Origin: a virus
Lineage: Duplodnaviria; Caudoviricetes
Length of the DNA stretch: 26,022 bases
Virus record (IMG/VR): IMGVR_UViG_3300020161_000978
Coordinates: 1-26,022 of that record
Strand: one strand, 5' to 3'
Shown: positions 16,386-24,900 of the stretch, in pieces
Layout: every line of letters begins with the position of its first letter
Numbering within the stretch: the first letter of the stretch is position 1
Translations under genes and position numbers: made by a program
Notes under the pieces: generated by a model
The model's input: the letters and a program-made list of their open reading frames with translations, nothing else
What the model was told of the DNA's origin: nothing
The model's database searches: none

Positions 16386-18538
16386 CGGAAAAACGCGATG
16401 TTAATATTTGCGGAGTCAACAATTCCTGAGTTTTCGACGTTGACCCATGTTGAGCTAGTCGTGGCCCGCAAGGCGATGTAGTCGTAAAGCTGGCAATCGG
16501 TGTTGACCGCATTGCTTTGCTTTGTTGCCACCGCGCTATAATTGATGTCGGGCATTGCCGTCGTGTAGTTAATCGTGTAATTGCCTGCCGATGCTCGCGT
16601 GAGGCTTGAGACTCCGCCCGACCCTCGAATGACTGCCGTTGCTCCGATGAAGTTAATCCAAGCCCTGCAACCGTAAGCCGTGGACGTGCTGCCGAAGCCA
16701 GAGTTGAAGGCTAGATTGCCGCCGATGACGACGTTGCCGACGGTCGAAACCTGTAGCCCGGTATACGAAATTTTATACGCCTGCGACGTAACCGTCTGCG
16801 AAATACTCACGTTAATTGTCGTGGCGTTAATGAACGCCGTGATGGTCCCGGCGCTAACACCGTTGGCAAATACAAGCTGCGAACCAACCATCGCCGCCGT
16901 GAACGTCGTGCCGACACCCGTGACCACCAACAGAGCCTGCGACGCGGTGCCCGTGCTATATTGTAGCGGAGTTACCGAAAGAGGCCCGCTCGGTGCCGGC
17001 GTGCCGATGCCGACGTTACCGGCGAAATAATTCTTCGCCAGCGTGTCCTCTTGCGAGATGCCCCAGCGGTTTGTGATTGTTGCGCCGCCCGCCGTCGTCG
17101 GCGCTTGTAGCTGAATCCCGTAAAAGTTTGTGACGGTTGCACCGTTGTTGAGCCCTGCTGGCATATGCATAAAGCCGGCGAAATTAGTTACCACATGAGC
17201 GGCACCAGAGATTGACGCTGTGCTCGTGCGAAAATGCGCAAGGGTCGAGACTGTTTGCACGGCTGGCGCGGTCAAGGTTAGGTTCCCGCCGACCGCGACC
17301 ATATCGGTAAACGTATTAGACCCCGCCGTAGCCTGGACAACTACCTGCCCCGTTAGGCCAAGCAAAACCGCCGTTTTGCCAGACAATCCCGTGGTGTTAA
17401 CCCAGGATGTAAACGTGCCGCCGTAGATGTATGCCGTGCTTGCGCTTGCTTCCGCAAGAGAAGACACGACCCATTGCCCATAATTGTAACTGCTTGCGGT
17501 TTGCAACGAGGTGTCGACGCGAAGCGCAACGTTAATCCCGCGAGAGCCGCCCGCGCCGGCTGGTGGTTGATACGTGTTATTTGCAGATGAGGCGTTGCTC
17601 AAAAGAAGCATTGTCGGCGTCAATACGCTCGCCCCGCCTTGCGCGTTCCACGTCGGTGCGTTTGTGAACCCTTCGACGTAAGCCCCCCCCACCGCATCAA
17701 GCGCCGCCCGAGGCGTAGCCGTTCCTGCGCCGATGCGCCCGAGCGCCGTGACGTTGCCCGAGCCTGCTACAATCTGCGCGATGGTGGCGACGGTCAGAAC
17801 GAAGCCCGCGCCCGCGCCGATGGTCGCGCATGAGAGCGCGTCTGCTGCCGCATAGCCGGTCCCTGGCGAGCGCAAGACGCAGCTCGTGACGATGCCGCCC
17901 GCCACAACGATGTCCGCCGTTGCGCCCGTGCCCGTGCCGCCCGTGAGCGCCTGCTGGGCGTAGGTGCCGTTCGTGTAGAGCGTGCCGCCTGCTGTCAGCG
18001 TGACGGTCGCGATTGCGCCGCTCTGGAGCGTTGCCGCCGTCACGTTGTTTCGCTGCAAGAGCAGGTCGTGCGCTGTGCTCGTACCGACGACGGCGGTTGA
18101 CCCGGTGACGCCTGCTCGGAAGGAGCGCGTGCCGTCCGATGATGAGAAGAGAGCCTCGGTTACCCGCAGGAGGCGGACGCCTTCGTACGTGCTTCCAGCG
18201 AACGCATATCCCGACCCGTCGGAGACATCGAGCAGCGTACCTGGGCCTCCCGACCCTACGTTTATGCCGACTCCTCCGCTGTAGGTGCTGAGAACGAACG
18301 TGCTATTTCCCGAGCTGCTCTTGATGGTGAGCCCGCTTGCGTTCCCCGGAAGGGTCCAAGTCTGCGGGCTGCCGAACGTCTCCGCCGTTGCCGCGCTCGT
18401 GATGGTCGTGCCCGACTCGCTCAGGAGCGAATCGCCTAGCGCCGTCGCGCCCGTAAACTTCGCGAGCTTGCCGGGCGTGCCGCTGCCGCTGATGCCGCCG
18501 CCGCCGCCGCCGCCTGGAGGTGTAAAAGCTCGGAGCAT
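16382..18538 (-). CDS. Mosaic long tail fibre / adhesin (718 aa)
   Basis: Gly/Thr/Ala/Ser-rich with 'GNVGIGT.AP'-type repeats and C-terminal 'AYGCRAWINF...IRGSG.VSS....GNY.IN...AMPD.NY'. Confidence 0.8.
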   Translation of the reverse strand: MLRAFTPPGGGGGGGISGSGTPGKLAKFTGATALGDSLLSESGTTITSAATAETFGSPQTWTLPGNASGLTIKSSSGNSTFVLSTYSGGVGINVGSGGPGTLLDVSDGSGYAFAGSTYEGVRLLRVTEALFSSSDGTRSFRAGVTGSTAVVGTSTAHDLLLQRNNVTAATLQSGAIATVTLTAGGTLYTNGTYAQQALTGGTGTGATADIVVAGGIVTSCVLRSPGTGYAAADALSCATIGAGAGFVLTVATIAQIVAGSGNVTALGRIGAGTATPRAALDAVGGAYVEGFTNAPTWNAQGGASVLTPTMLLLSNASSANNTYQPPAGAGGSRGINVALRVDTSLQTASSYNYGQWVVSSLAEASASTAYIYGGTFTSWVNTTGLSGKTAVLLGLTGQVVVQATAGSNTFTDMVAVGGNLTLTAPAVQTVSTLAHFRTSTASISGAAHVVTNFAGFMHMPAGLNNGATVTNFYGIQLQAPTTAGGATITNRWGISQEDTLAKNYFAGNVGIGTPAPSGPLSVTPLQYSTGTASQALLVVTGVGTTFTAAMVGSQLVFANGVSAGTITAFINATTINVSISQTVTSQAYKISYTGLQVSTVGNVVIGGNLAFNSGFGSTSTAYGCRAWINFIGATAVIRGSGGVSSLTRASAGNYTINYTTAMPDINYSAVATKQSNAVNTDCQLYDYIALRATTSSTWVNVENSGIVDSANINIAFFR

Positions 18539-18539
18539 A

Positions 18540-18851
18540 TTACCAACCCTCGCCAGGAATAACGTGGAGACTTCCGCCGACTGCGCCGATGTACGTCAGC
18601 GAATCAAAATCCTGCGACTTGGTGATCGTAACTTGCCCCCCGACCGGAATAATGTAATCCGCCGCCGTTGCGGCTGGCGTCGATACAACCGTGCGCGAAT
18701 CATAGGGGCGAACGTAAACCGGCACCGTGCCGATATTTGTCAAACACAAGGTTTTGCAGGTGTCTCCTACCTTGGAATTCGCCGCTACGGCAAGCGGCGA
18801 AACGGTAATTCCCTGCGTATATGCCGGATTGAATGGTTGCAGAACGGACAT
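18540..18851 (-). CDS. 103-aa beta-rich virion protein
   Basis: Compact beta-sandwich composition ending 'LHVIPGEGW'; lies in the structural operon. Confidence 0.65.
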   Translation of the reverse strand: MSVLQPFNPAYTQGITVSPLAVAANSKVGDTCKTLCLTNIGTVPVYVRPYDSRTVVSTPAATAADYIIPVGGQVTITKSQDFDSLTYIGAVGGSLHVIPGEGW

Positions 18852-18858
18852 GATAACC

Positions 18859-19707
18859 TCAGAAAATTAGGTAGGAAACTTGGTAATTGACGTTAAAACC
18901 AGGGGGGAACGTGATGGTAGGCCCGCTTGACGAAGAAAACCTAAACTGGAACACACTAGGCAACGGCGCAACGGTTCCACCGATTTGAAAACTTACCGAG
19001 CCTGTGGCCGCGCTCCCAGAGACAAAGGTTCCCGATGGTTTCAACTCCGCCGGAAGAAGCTCAATGTAATCCGTTGCGGTTGTGAAAACGATTGTCGTCG
19101 TGGCGCTGAGCACCATTCCGAGATTCATCGTAACTTGATTGCCGATGCGCTGATAACGCCCGCTCAGCGTAGGCAGCGGGCCAACGATGCTGCCGCATGC
19201 CATAATCGGCGTGAACGTGCCCGAGATGGGGAACTGCGCCGGATTCGCCGCGTTGGCAACCGTGTACCACGTCTGATAAAGGACGTTGAATCGCAGCGTG
19301 AAGGCTGTGCCGCCTACGAGCGAAGTCGGTGCGCCGTTGACCTGTAGCGCTCCGTTCGTTTGAATAATGAGAGACGTTACAGCTTGCGAGGAATAGATCA
19401 AAACCTCTTGGCCGTCGAAACACGTCGAAGCAAGCGGAAGGACAATCGAGCCAAGCGCGTAAGGCGCGATCGGCTGCAAGAGAAGCCAAATCGGCGAGCT
19501 TGTCTGTTGAATCGTGACGACAAAGCCGTTGATATTCGGCGAAGCGTATTGCGTGACGTAGTTTGGCGAGGTCCAATTTGCATCGAGAAACGAAACGAGC
19601 GAAGCGAGACTAGCCTTGCGGGCATCTCCGTTTTCGTTGCTGTAAACGACTAATTTGTCGCTCGTTTGCAGCGTCGTCATTGTCGAGAGCTGATTAATCG
19701 TAGCCAT
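18859..19707 (-). CDS. Virion structural / short fibre protein (282 aa)
   Basis: Starts 'MATINQLS...NGDARKAS'; C-terminal 'GTFTP...GRYQRIGNQV' fibre-tip-like domain. Confidence 0.65.
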   Translation of the reverse strand: MATINQLSTMTTLQTSDKLVVYSNENGDARKASLASLVSFLDANWTSPNYVTQYASPNINGFVVTIQQTSSPIWLLLQPIAPYALGSIVLPLASTCFDGQEVLIYSSQAVTSLIIQTNGALQVNGAPTSLVGGTAFTLRFNVLYQTWYTVANAANPAQFPISGTFTPIMACGSIVGPLPTLSGRYQRIGNQVTMNLGMVLSATTTIVFTTATDYIELLPAELKPSGTFVSGSAATGSVSFQIGGTVAPLPSVFQFRFSSSSGPTITFPPGFNVNYQVSYLIF

Positions 19708-19716
19708 TCTGGTCCT

Positions 19717-20199
19717 TTACTCGTAATCTACAAATCCGTCGTTGCCGACCTGGAGCGCGTCTTCTGGCGGCGTCAAGAATGGCCCCCAGAAATGGCCCCA
19801 TTGACTGTTTCCCGCGCCTGCTGGCGTGTTGCTAGGATACTGCATAGGGCGCGGCGCTGCGGCTCGCATCATGAGCGTGTCAAGCCCGCGCTTCGCGGCG
19901 ATCTTCGTGTCCGGCATGACCTGCTTACCGTAGCTCGGCGCAAGGCGCACGGCGAGACCCGCGACAATGGCATCGTTTGCCGCATCGGGGCACGTCGTCT
20001 GCTCGTCAAGCGTGCTGTCTTGCGGCCTAGCCGGCAACGGATAGCCGAGGCGGACGCCTCGCGCGTTCCATTCGGCCAGCATGGCATCAAGCCGCCTAAG
20101 CGCGCTTTCGAGCTGCTGCGGCTGAAGGTCGTAAACGTAGCTTGCAAGCCCTAGCTCTTCAAAAGCCGCTTCAATGTATTGTCGTTTCGTCCAGCCCAT
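19717..20199 (-). CDS. Head-tail adaptor, P22 gp4-like
   Basis: 'AAFEELGLA...ALRRLDAMLAEW...LGY', 'LAVRLAP.YG', 'P.GAGN'. Confidence 0.9.
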   Translation of the reverse strand: MGWTKRQYIEAAFEELGLASYVYDLQPQQLESALRRLDAMLAEWNARGVRLGYPLPARPQDSTLDEQTTCPDAANDAIVAGLAVRLAPSYGKQVMPDTKIAAKRGLDTLMMRAAAPRPMQYPSNTPAGAGNSQWGHFWGPFLTPPEDALQVGNDGFVDYE

Positions 20200-20200
20200 T

Positions 20201-20545
20201 TTAGCCTCCTTGAATCGCGTCAGAGATGCTCTTTGCTAGCTTGCGGTCGGGCGTTCGCCCGTCGAATTTAAGACCCAATTCAAGCGCCTTAGCCTCAAGC
20301 TCGCCTCGGGTCGGAGGTGCTTCATCGTTCGCGCCTGGAGGCGCGCTAGAGTCGCTCGGCGCAGCGACGCTAGCCGCTGGCGCTGAAAACGCCGCCAAGG
20401 CGCCGAGGAGCGTTAGCGACCAGCCTGCCGCGATGCGCTCGGCAAGCTCGGCGGAATTGCGAACGCCTGCGTAGTCGTACGACGAGACGCCGGGGCCGAT
20501 GTGCGCGCCGGGGCAACGATACGCGAGACACGGAAAATCGCTCAT
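20201..20545 (-). CDS. 114-aa accessory protein after the coat gene, with a C-terminal helix-extension-helix-like motif
   Basis: Start reassigned to ATG 20545 because the longer track start crosses the terminator. Motif 'TRGELEAKALELGLKFDGRT'. Confidence 0.7.
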   Translation of the reverse strand: MSDFPCLAYRCPGAHIGPGVSSYDYAGVRNSAELAERIAAGWSLTLLGALAAFSAPAASVAAPSDSSAPPGANDEAPPTRGELEAKALELGLKFDGRTPDRKLAKSISDAIQGG

Positions 20546-20552
20546 GATGCAC

Positions 20553-20561
20553 ACCCTAGCA
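20553..20561 (-). promoter_or_regulatory. Possible extended -10 promoter (TGcTAGGGT) 7 nt upstream of ATG 20545
   Basis: Matches TGnTAnnnT immediately after the terminator; the gene has no obvious SD. Confidence 0.35.
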
Positions 20562-20569
20562 CAAAAGGC

Positions 20570-20601
20570 AAAAAAAGAAGGGGGCCGAAACCCCCTCCTT
20601 T
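20570..20601 (-). terminator. Rho-independent terminator after the coat gene
   Basis: The minus strand reads AAAGGAGGGGGT-TTCG-GCCCCCTTC-TTTTTTT. Confidence 0.9.
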
Positions 20602-20644
20602 GTCGATTTACTATGCAACGCAATCGAGCTGTTCGGCTGGTCGG

Positions 20645-21934
20645 TCAGACCTGGCTGAAAAGCTGAATTCCGCACATTTCGGGATTCTTGCACACGGTGC
20701 CGAAGAGCGTATCGACGCGGAAAAGTTCCTTGTTCTTGTTAATATCGAAGAACTTCGTTGCGGTGATTTGAAGACCGTTCTTAGTGGCTGCCTGCATCGT
20801 GGAGACGCCCGCCGCCGAGGGGACAACGAGACGACCGGGGAGAAGCTCAAGGGAATCCTTGTGCCAGAACACGTTCACGTCTGCGGCTGCCTTGTTGAGG
20901 AACACGATCGCAGCCGTTGCGGACGGCGTAACGATAACGTTCTGATACATCTCTTCCGCCTGCGAAGCGCCCTGGTTCGAGATGATTCCGGGGCTGATAA
21001 CGAGCGTGGTGCCGCCGGCTGGAACGCTGATAACGCGGAACGTCTTGAGCTGGCCGGTGTCACCCTTCGTGACGTGGTGGCAAGCGTTAACGCCCGCGAT
21101 CGTGAAGGCATCGCCAGCGACAACGCTCGCCGAGGACGAGACGGTGATCGTCTGGTAACGGTTATCGACGTTGATCTTAACGAGACCGTTGCTGCTCGTG
21201 GTCGTTGCTGCCGGAACAAGGTAGTTAGCCGCGCCGACGAGCGTGCTGAGCGTGAGCCCAGCGCCGCCAAGAGCCGCCGGGAGGCGCACGGCATAATCAA
21301 ACTTCAGCGTATCAAAGCCAGCGACGCGACCGACGAGGCTGCGCTCGTAGGCGTTATCGCTCTTGGAGTTGCCGAAGCTGCGCGAAAGAGCCTGAAGGTT
21401 GTTCGCCATGCCGTTGTAAGTGCGCGTAGACATGCCGTAATAGCGCGAATCCATCGGAACGCCTTGCTCGTTCATGATGGCGTCGTTCTGCGAAACGTCG
21501 TCATAACCCGAGGCTGCGCCCGTGCGCGCCACGACGAGCGTACCCTGAAGCGCCGCCGTTTGCATGATTGCCAAGTTGATGTCACTGGCAAGCTTAGACT
21601 TAGCGGCCTCGTAGAGGCGCCCTTCCTGCATCGCGTCGCGGAGTTCCGTCGCGGTCAGCGCGAAAGACGCGGTGCGCGTGGTGTTAATCTGGCTCGGAAC
21701 GGTAAGCTGAGTGTAATCCTTAAAGCCCGTGCCCGAAATGTCCGTGCCCGCCGTGCCGTCGATGGTCGTGGCAATGTACGGCATTGGACGCCAAATGACG
21801 TTATTCGTCCGTTCCATCGTCGTCTGATCGGTCTGATACACGTTGACCGCATTCGACAATACAAGCGCATCCTCAAACCCGGTAAGGAGGCTTTCAAACG
21901 CGACGACTTCTTCTTTTGAAAAACCATTAGGCAT
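20645..21934 (-). CDS. Major capsid protein, P22 coat family
   Basis: 429 aa; 'MERTNNVIWRPMPY', 'GDAFTIAGV..HHVTK..TGQLKTFRV', 'R.DTLFG....PEMCG'. Confidence 0.95.
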   Translation of the reverse strand: MPNGFSKEEVVAFESLLTGFEDALVLSNAVNVYQTDQTTMERTNNVIWRPMPYIATTIDGTAGTDISGTGFKDYTQLTVPSQINTTRTASFALTATELRDAMQEGRLYEAAKSKLASDINLAIMQTAALQGTLVVARTGAASGYDDVSQNDAIMNEQGVPMDSRYYGMSTRTYNGMANNLQALSRSFGNSKSDNAYERSLVGRVAGFDTLKFDYAVRLPAALGGAGLTLSTLVGAANYLVPAATTTSSNGLVKINVDNRYQTITVSSSASVVAGDAFTIAGVNACHHVTKGDTGQLKTFRVISVPAGGTTLVISPGIISNQGASQAEEMYQNVIVTPSATAAIVFLNKAAADVNVFWHKDSLELLPGRLVVPSAAGVSTMQAATKNGLQITATKFFDINKNKELFRVDTLFGTVCKNPEMCGIQLFSQV

Positions 21935-21951
21935 GATAAAAATTCCTTAAA

Positions 21952-22791
21952 TTACTTAGACTTCGCAGCCTGTTGCCGCTTGTACGCCATAAGCCGATCG
22001 GCGTTACCTGTCCGCTGTGCCTCTTCGCGCAGGCGGTCAAGATGCGAGTCTACGGTTCCGCTCTTAGGGGCGGAACCTTTGATTGATGATTCGGGATAGG
22101 GGGGGGATTTGCGGCTTGTCACTTTTAGCTGCGCTTCGAGTTTTGCAACCGCAAAGGAGAATTTTACAGGGTCTTTGATGGTGGCGAATTCCTTCGCCTT
22201 TGCTGGATTGCGTCCGAGATAATACAGAACAAGCGCGGGATTTTCGGCACCTTGGAGAACGACGCCTTGTTGGGTAACGTTAAAAAGCTGCTGGATATTG
22301 TGCTCAGCATCTTTAAAATCGCTCACCTTGAGCTTTGTCTTTGCGACGCTGTAAGCTTCAAGCGTCGCTTCCCATGCCTTTTTCTGTGACTCTTCTGCCT
22401 TGCGGGATTCCGCAATCGAATCATCTACTTTGCGCTTGCGCTCGAAATAGGAAGCCATCGCGACTTCATATTTCTCCTCGTCATAATCATGATCGGCAAG
22501 GCTTGGCTTGTAACCCAATTCAACGACCGGATTTGTCTCAGTCGCCAAGGGGGCTTGAAGTTGTCGCTGCAAATCTCGATTTTGGCGTTCTAGCTCCCGA
22601 TTGCGGTTTCTGACCTCTCGGACCCATTTCGGAGCTGGTTCCTCGTGGGAGACTTCAGGCGGCGCTTCGTCACCTGCGGTGACGATTACGTCGTCTTCAG
22701 GCTCATCATCGTAAGATTCAGGCGGGTCGGCGTCGGAATTGGGCTCGGCGTCGATTGTCTGAGGTTCTTCAGTTGGTTCCAGCAATTCCAT
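21952..22791 (-). CDS. Scaffolding protein
   Basis: Acidic N-terminus, coiled coils and a basic C-terminal helix; lies between portal and coat. Confidence 0.85.
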   Translation of the reverse strand: MELLEPTEEPQTIDAEPNSDADPPESYDDEPEDDVIVTAGDEAPPEVSHEEPAPKWVREVRNRNRELERQNRDLQRQLQAPLATETNPVVELGYKPSLADHDYDEEKYEVAMASYFERKRKVDDSIAESRKAEESQKKAWEATLEAYSVAKTKLKVSDFKDAEHNIQQLFNVTQQGVVLQGAENPALVLYYLGRNPAKAKEFATIKDPVKFSFAVAKLEAQLKVTSRKSPPYPESSIKGSAPKSGTVDSHLDRLREEAQRTGNADRLMAYKRQQAAKSK

Positions 22792-22809
22792 CGTTTTTCC
22801 TTCACTCGT

Positions 22810-24891
22810 TCATTGCGGCTGAACGGGGGCCGGTTGCGGTGATTGCGCTTGCGGGTTTAGTTGCTCCGCAGTTTGCGCATTCATTCGCTGCATAATGTCA
22901 ACCGCGTGATTCTGCGACGATTGATCAACCTTTGCAAGTGTTTCGATCGTGTTGGCGCGCGATTCTCCCGTTTTGGCAACGGTGTAGACGGTATTTGCTC
23001 GCGCTTGCGCGGCTTTGGCCGAGGCTTCTTCGGCCATCGATTGCATTAGCACGGCTTGCGGGTCTGGCTGCTGCTGTTGTGCGGCTGCGGCCATCTGCTG
23101 CGATTCTTCTTCGCTCGGCTTAATGACGCCCATTGAAACAAGCTTAGTTCGGCAGTATTCGCGCACGTCGGACATGCCTTCGCCGTCGAGATTCATGAGC
23201 AGCATGAGTTCGAGCATCGATGCCGTTTGAGGGTCTTTGGTCGTGGCAAGGAGCGCTTGAAGCGAGGCATCCTGTGAATCTCGCTGGCTCTGCGTCGAGG
23301 GGCCTACCTCGACGGCCACATCGAAGCGCGCTTCCGAAAGGTCGTTCTCGTTCTTGACCGCTCCATCTTCGTCAAGTACCGGGCGCTGTAGCTCGATGGT
23401 GCTTACCTTGTCGGAAGCAGAAACCGCCTTCATCTTGCGGCTTTCCTCGACGTAAATATCCCGCGCCATGCTTAGCCAGATTTCGCCGCAGCGCTTCATG
23501 GCCTTGGCGAAATTCGAGACGTAAATAAACGTCTGCATGTCGATGCGGTTCGACACCGCGTTAATTGCCTTGCCGGAGACGTTTGAAATCAGCTTGTCCG
23601 CTCCTTCAGGATTGCCGAGAACGTCGCGCATATCCTGCTCTGTGAGCTGGAGCAGTGCCGCCATTGCGGGGGCGACCTGCGGCGGGCGAGTGTAGCCGAT
23701 GGGGCCGGCAGGCGTCTCGTTGCCGTTTGCGTCCGTAATCTTCTGAACGAGAAGATAGGCGTTATTCGCGATGTTATCGTTACGCCACATCTCTTCAACG
23801 CCGGAAACCTGCTCAGGCACGAAGATAGGCTTTTCCATCGGCGAAAGCGCGGCAATCTCAGCGAGGCGGCTGCGCTGCATGTTGCCGAGGCGCTGCGCAT
23901 CGCGAGCAAGGCGGACCGCTCCCATGCAGCGCTCGATGTTGTCGATAAACCAGCGCTTGCCGTAGTTCGGCACCACGGGGATATACTTTCCTGCGATGTA
24001 TCCGCAATCCTCGAGCACCTTTCCGCCGCTCATGAGATATTTGCGAACCTTGCGCGTCTTCACGCGCTTCTGGCCGGTTTCTTTTGCGTTCGTGGCAGCA
24101 AGGCGCGCTTCCAGCTCTGGATCGCGCTCGAAATCGACTTTGCGGTAACGAACTTGGCTTTCATCGAGAAGCGTGAAAATCCGAATGGTTTCGGTTACTT
24201 CTTCAATGCAATAATATTCAGCGACATAGACAACAGAAGGCGTACACCAGTCAAAACCGGCGGTCATAATAATTTTCGGCCACGTTGTTGGGTCGTCGTC
24301 GTATTCTTCTTTGTACGATTCAAACGACATTGACGAGACAACGAAGCAATAACGCGCGTCGCTCTTGTCCTGGCGCTTCGCATCGAGGTCGAAGAAAACG
24401 GACGTGTCGGCGTCGAAAATGGGCTCGATGCGGATGCGCTGGTGATCGTTTGTATCGTCCTCGTCGTCTGCCCAGTCGGCGCGGAGCCGCCAAGCGCCGA
24501 AGCCGCCGCCGACCGCCTCTTCGAAGGCGTTGTCGTAGGCTTCGTTTGCGGTCGAATCCTGCTCGTCAGCGCGGTAAAGCCCTGCGCACACGTCGGCAAG
24601 CTTGTCGTGTGGCGAGCCGTCTTTCGAGACGAATTTCACGCTGATTCGGTTAGCGCGGTAGTCGTTAATGATGCGCATAACTGCCATATGGCACTTATTC
24701 ACTTCAATCTTCGGCTTGTTCTCGAATTGATTCCAAAGCGGGCCTTCCCACTGCGCGCCGGCAATCGAGTAGAAGCGCCGATCGTTCAGGCATTCGCGGC
24801 GTTCTACCTGCAAAGCGTTTTGAATCACATCGAAGCGCGTAATAGCTTCTTCGTGAATCTTTGCGAGGCGGATTTCCTTCGTTTCGGCCAT
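22810..24891 (-). CDS. Portal protein, P22 family
   Basis: 693 aa; 'GAQW', 'EEAVGGGFGAWRL', 'G.VRLARD.QRL.N', 'SNVSGKA', and a C-terminal helical barrel region. Confidence 0.95.
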   Translation of the reverse strand: MAETKEIRLAKIHEEAITRFDVIQNALQVERRECLNDRRFYSIAGAQWEGPLWNQFENKPKIEVNKCHMAVMRIINDYRANRISVKFVSKDGSPHDKLADVCAGLYRADEQDSTANEAYDNAFEEAVGGGFGAWRLRADWADDEDDTNDHQRIRIEPIFDADTSVFFDLDAKRQDKSDARYCFVVSSMSFESYKEEYDDDPTTWPKIIMTAGFDWCTPSVVYVAEYYCIEEVTETIRIFTLLDESQVRYRKVDFERDPELEARLAATNAKETGQKRVKTRKVRKYLMSGGKVLEDCGYIAGKYIPVVPNYGKRWFIDNIERCMGAVRLARDAQRLGNMQRSRLAEIAALSPMEKPIFVPEQVSGVEEMWRNDNIANNAYLLVQKITDANGNETPAGPIGYTRPPQVAPAMAALLQLTEQDMRDVLGNPEGADKLISNVSGKAINAVSNRIDMQTFIYVSNFAKAMKRCGEIWLSMARDIYVEESRKMKAVSASDKVSTIELQRPVLDEDGAVKNENDLSEARFDVAVEVGPSTQSQRDSQDASLQALLATTKDPQTASMLELMLLMNLDGEGMSDVREYCRTKLVSMGVIKPSEEESQQMAAAAQQQQPDPQAVLMQSMAEEASAKAAQARANTVYTVAKTGESRANTIETLAKVDQSSQNHAVDIMQRMNAQTAEQLNPQAQSPQPAPVQPQ

Positions 24892-24900
24892 GAGGCGTCC

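Noticed and set aside
20501-21919. 472-aa plus-strand ORF
   Set aside because: Antisense shadow of the coat gene; Arg-rich with no recognisable motif.
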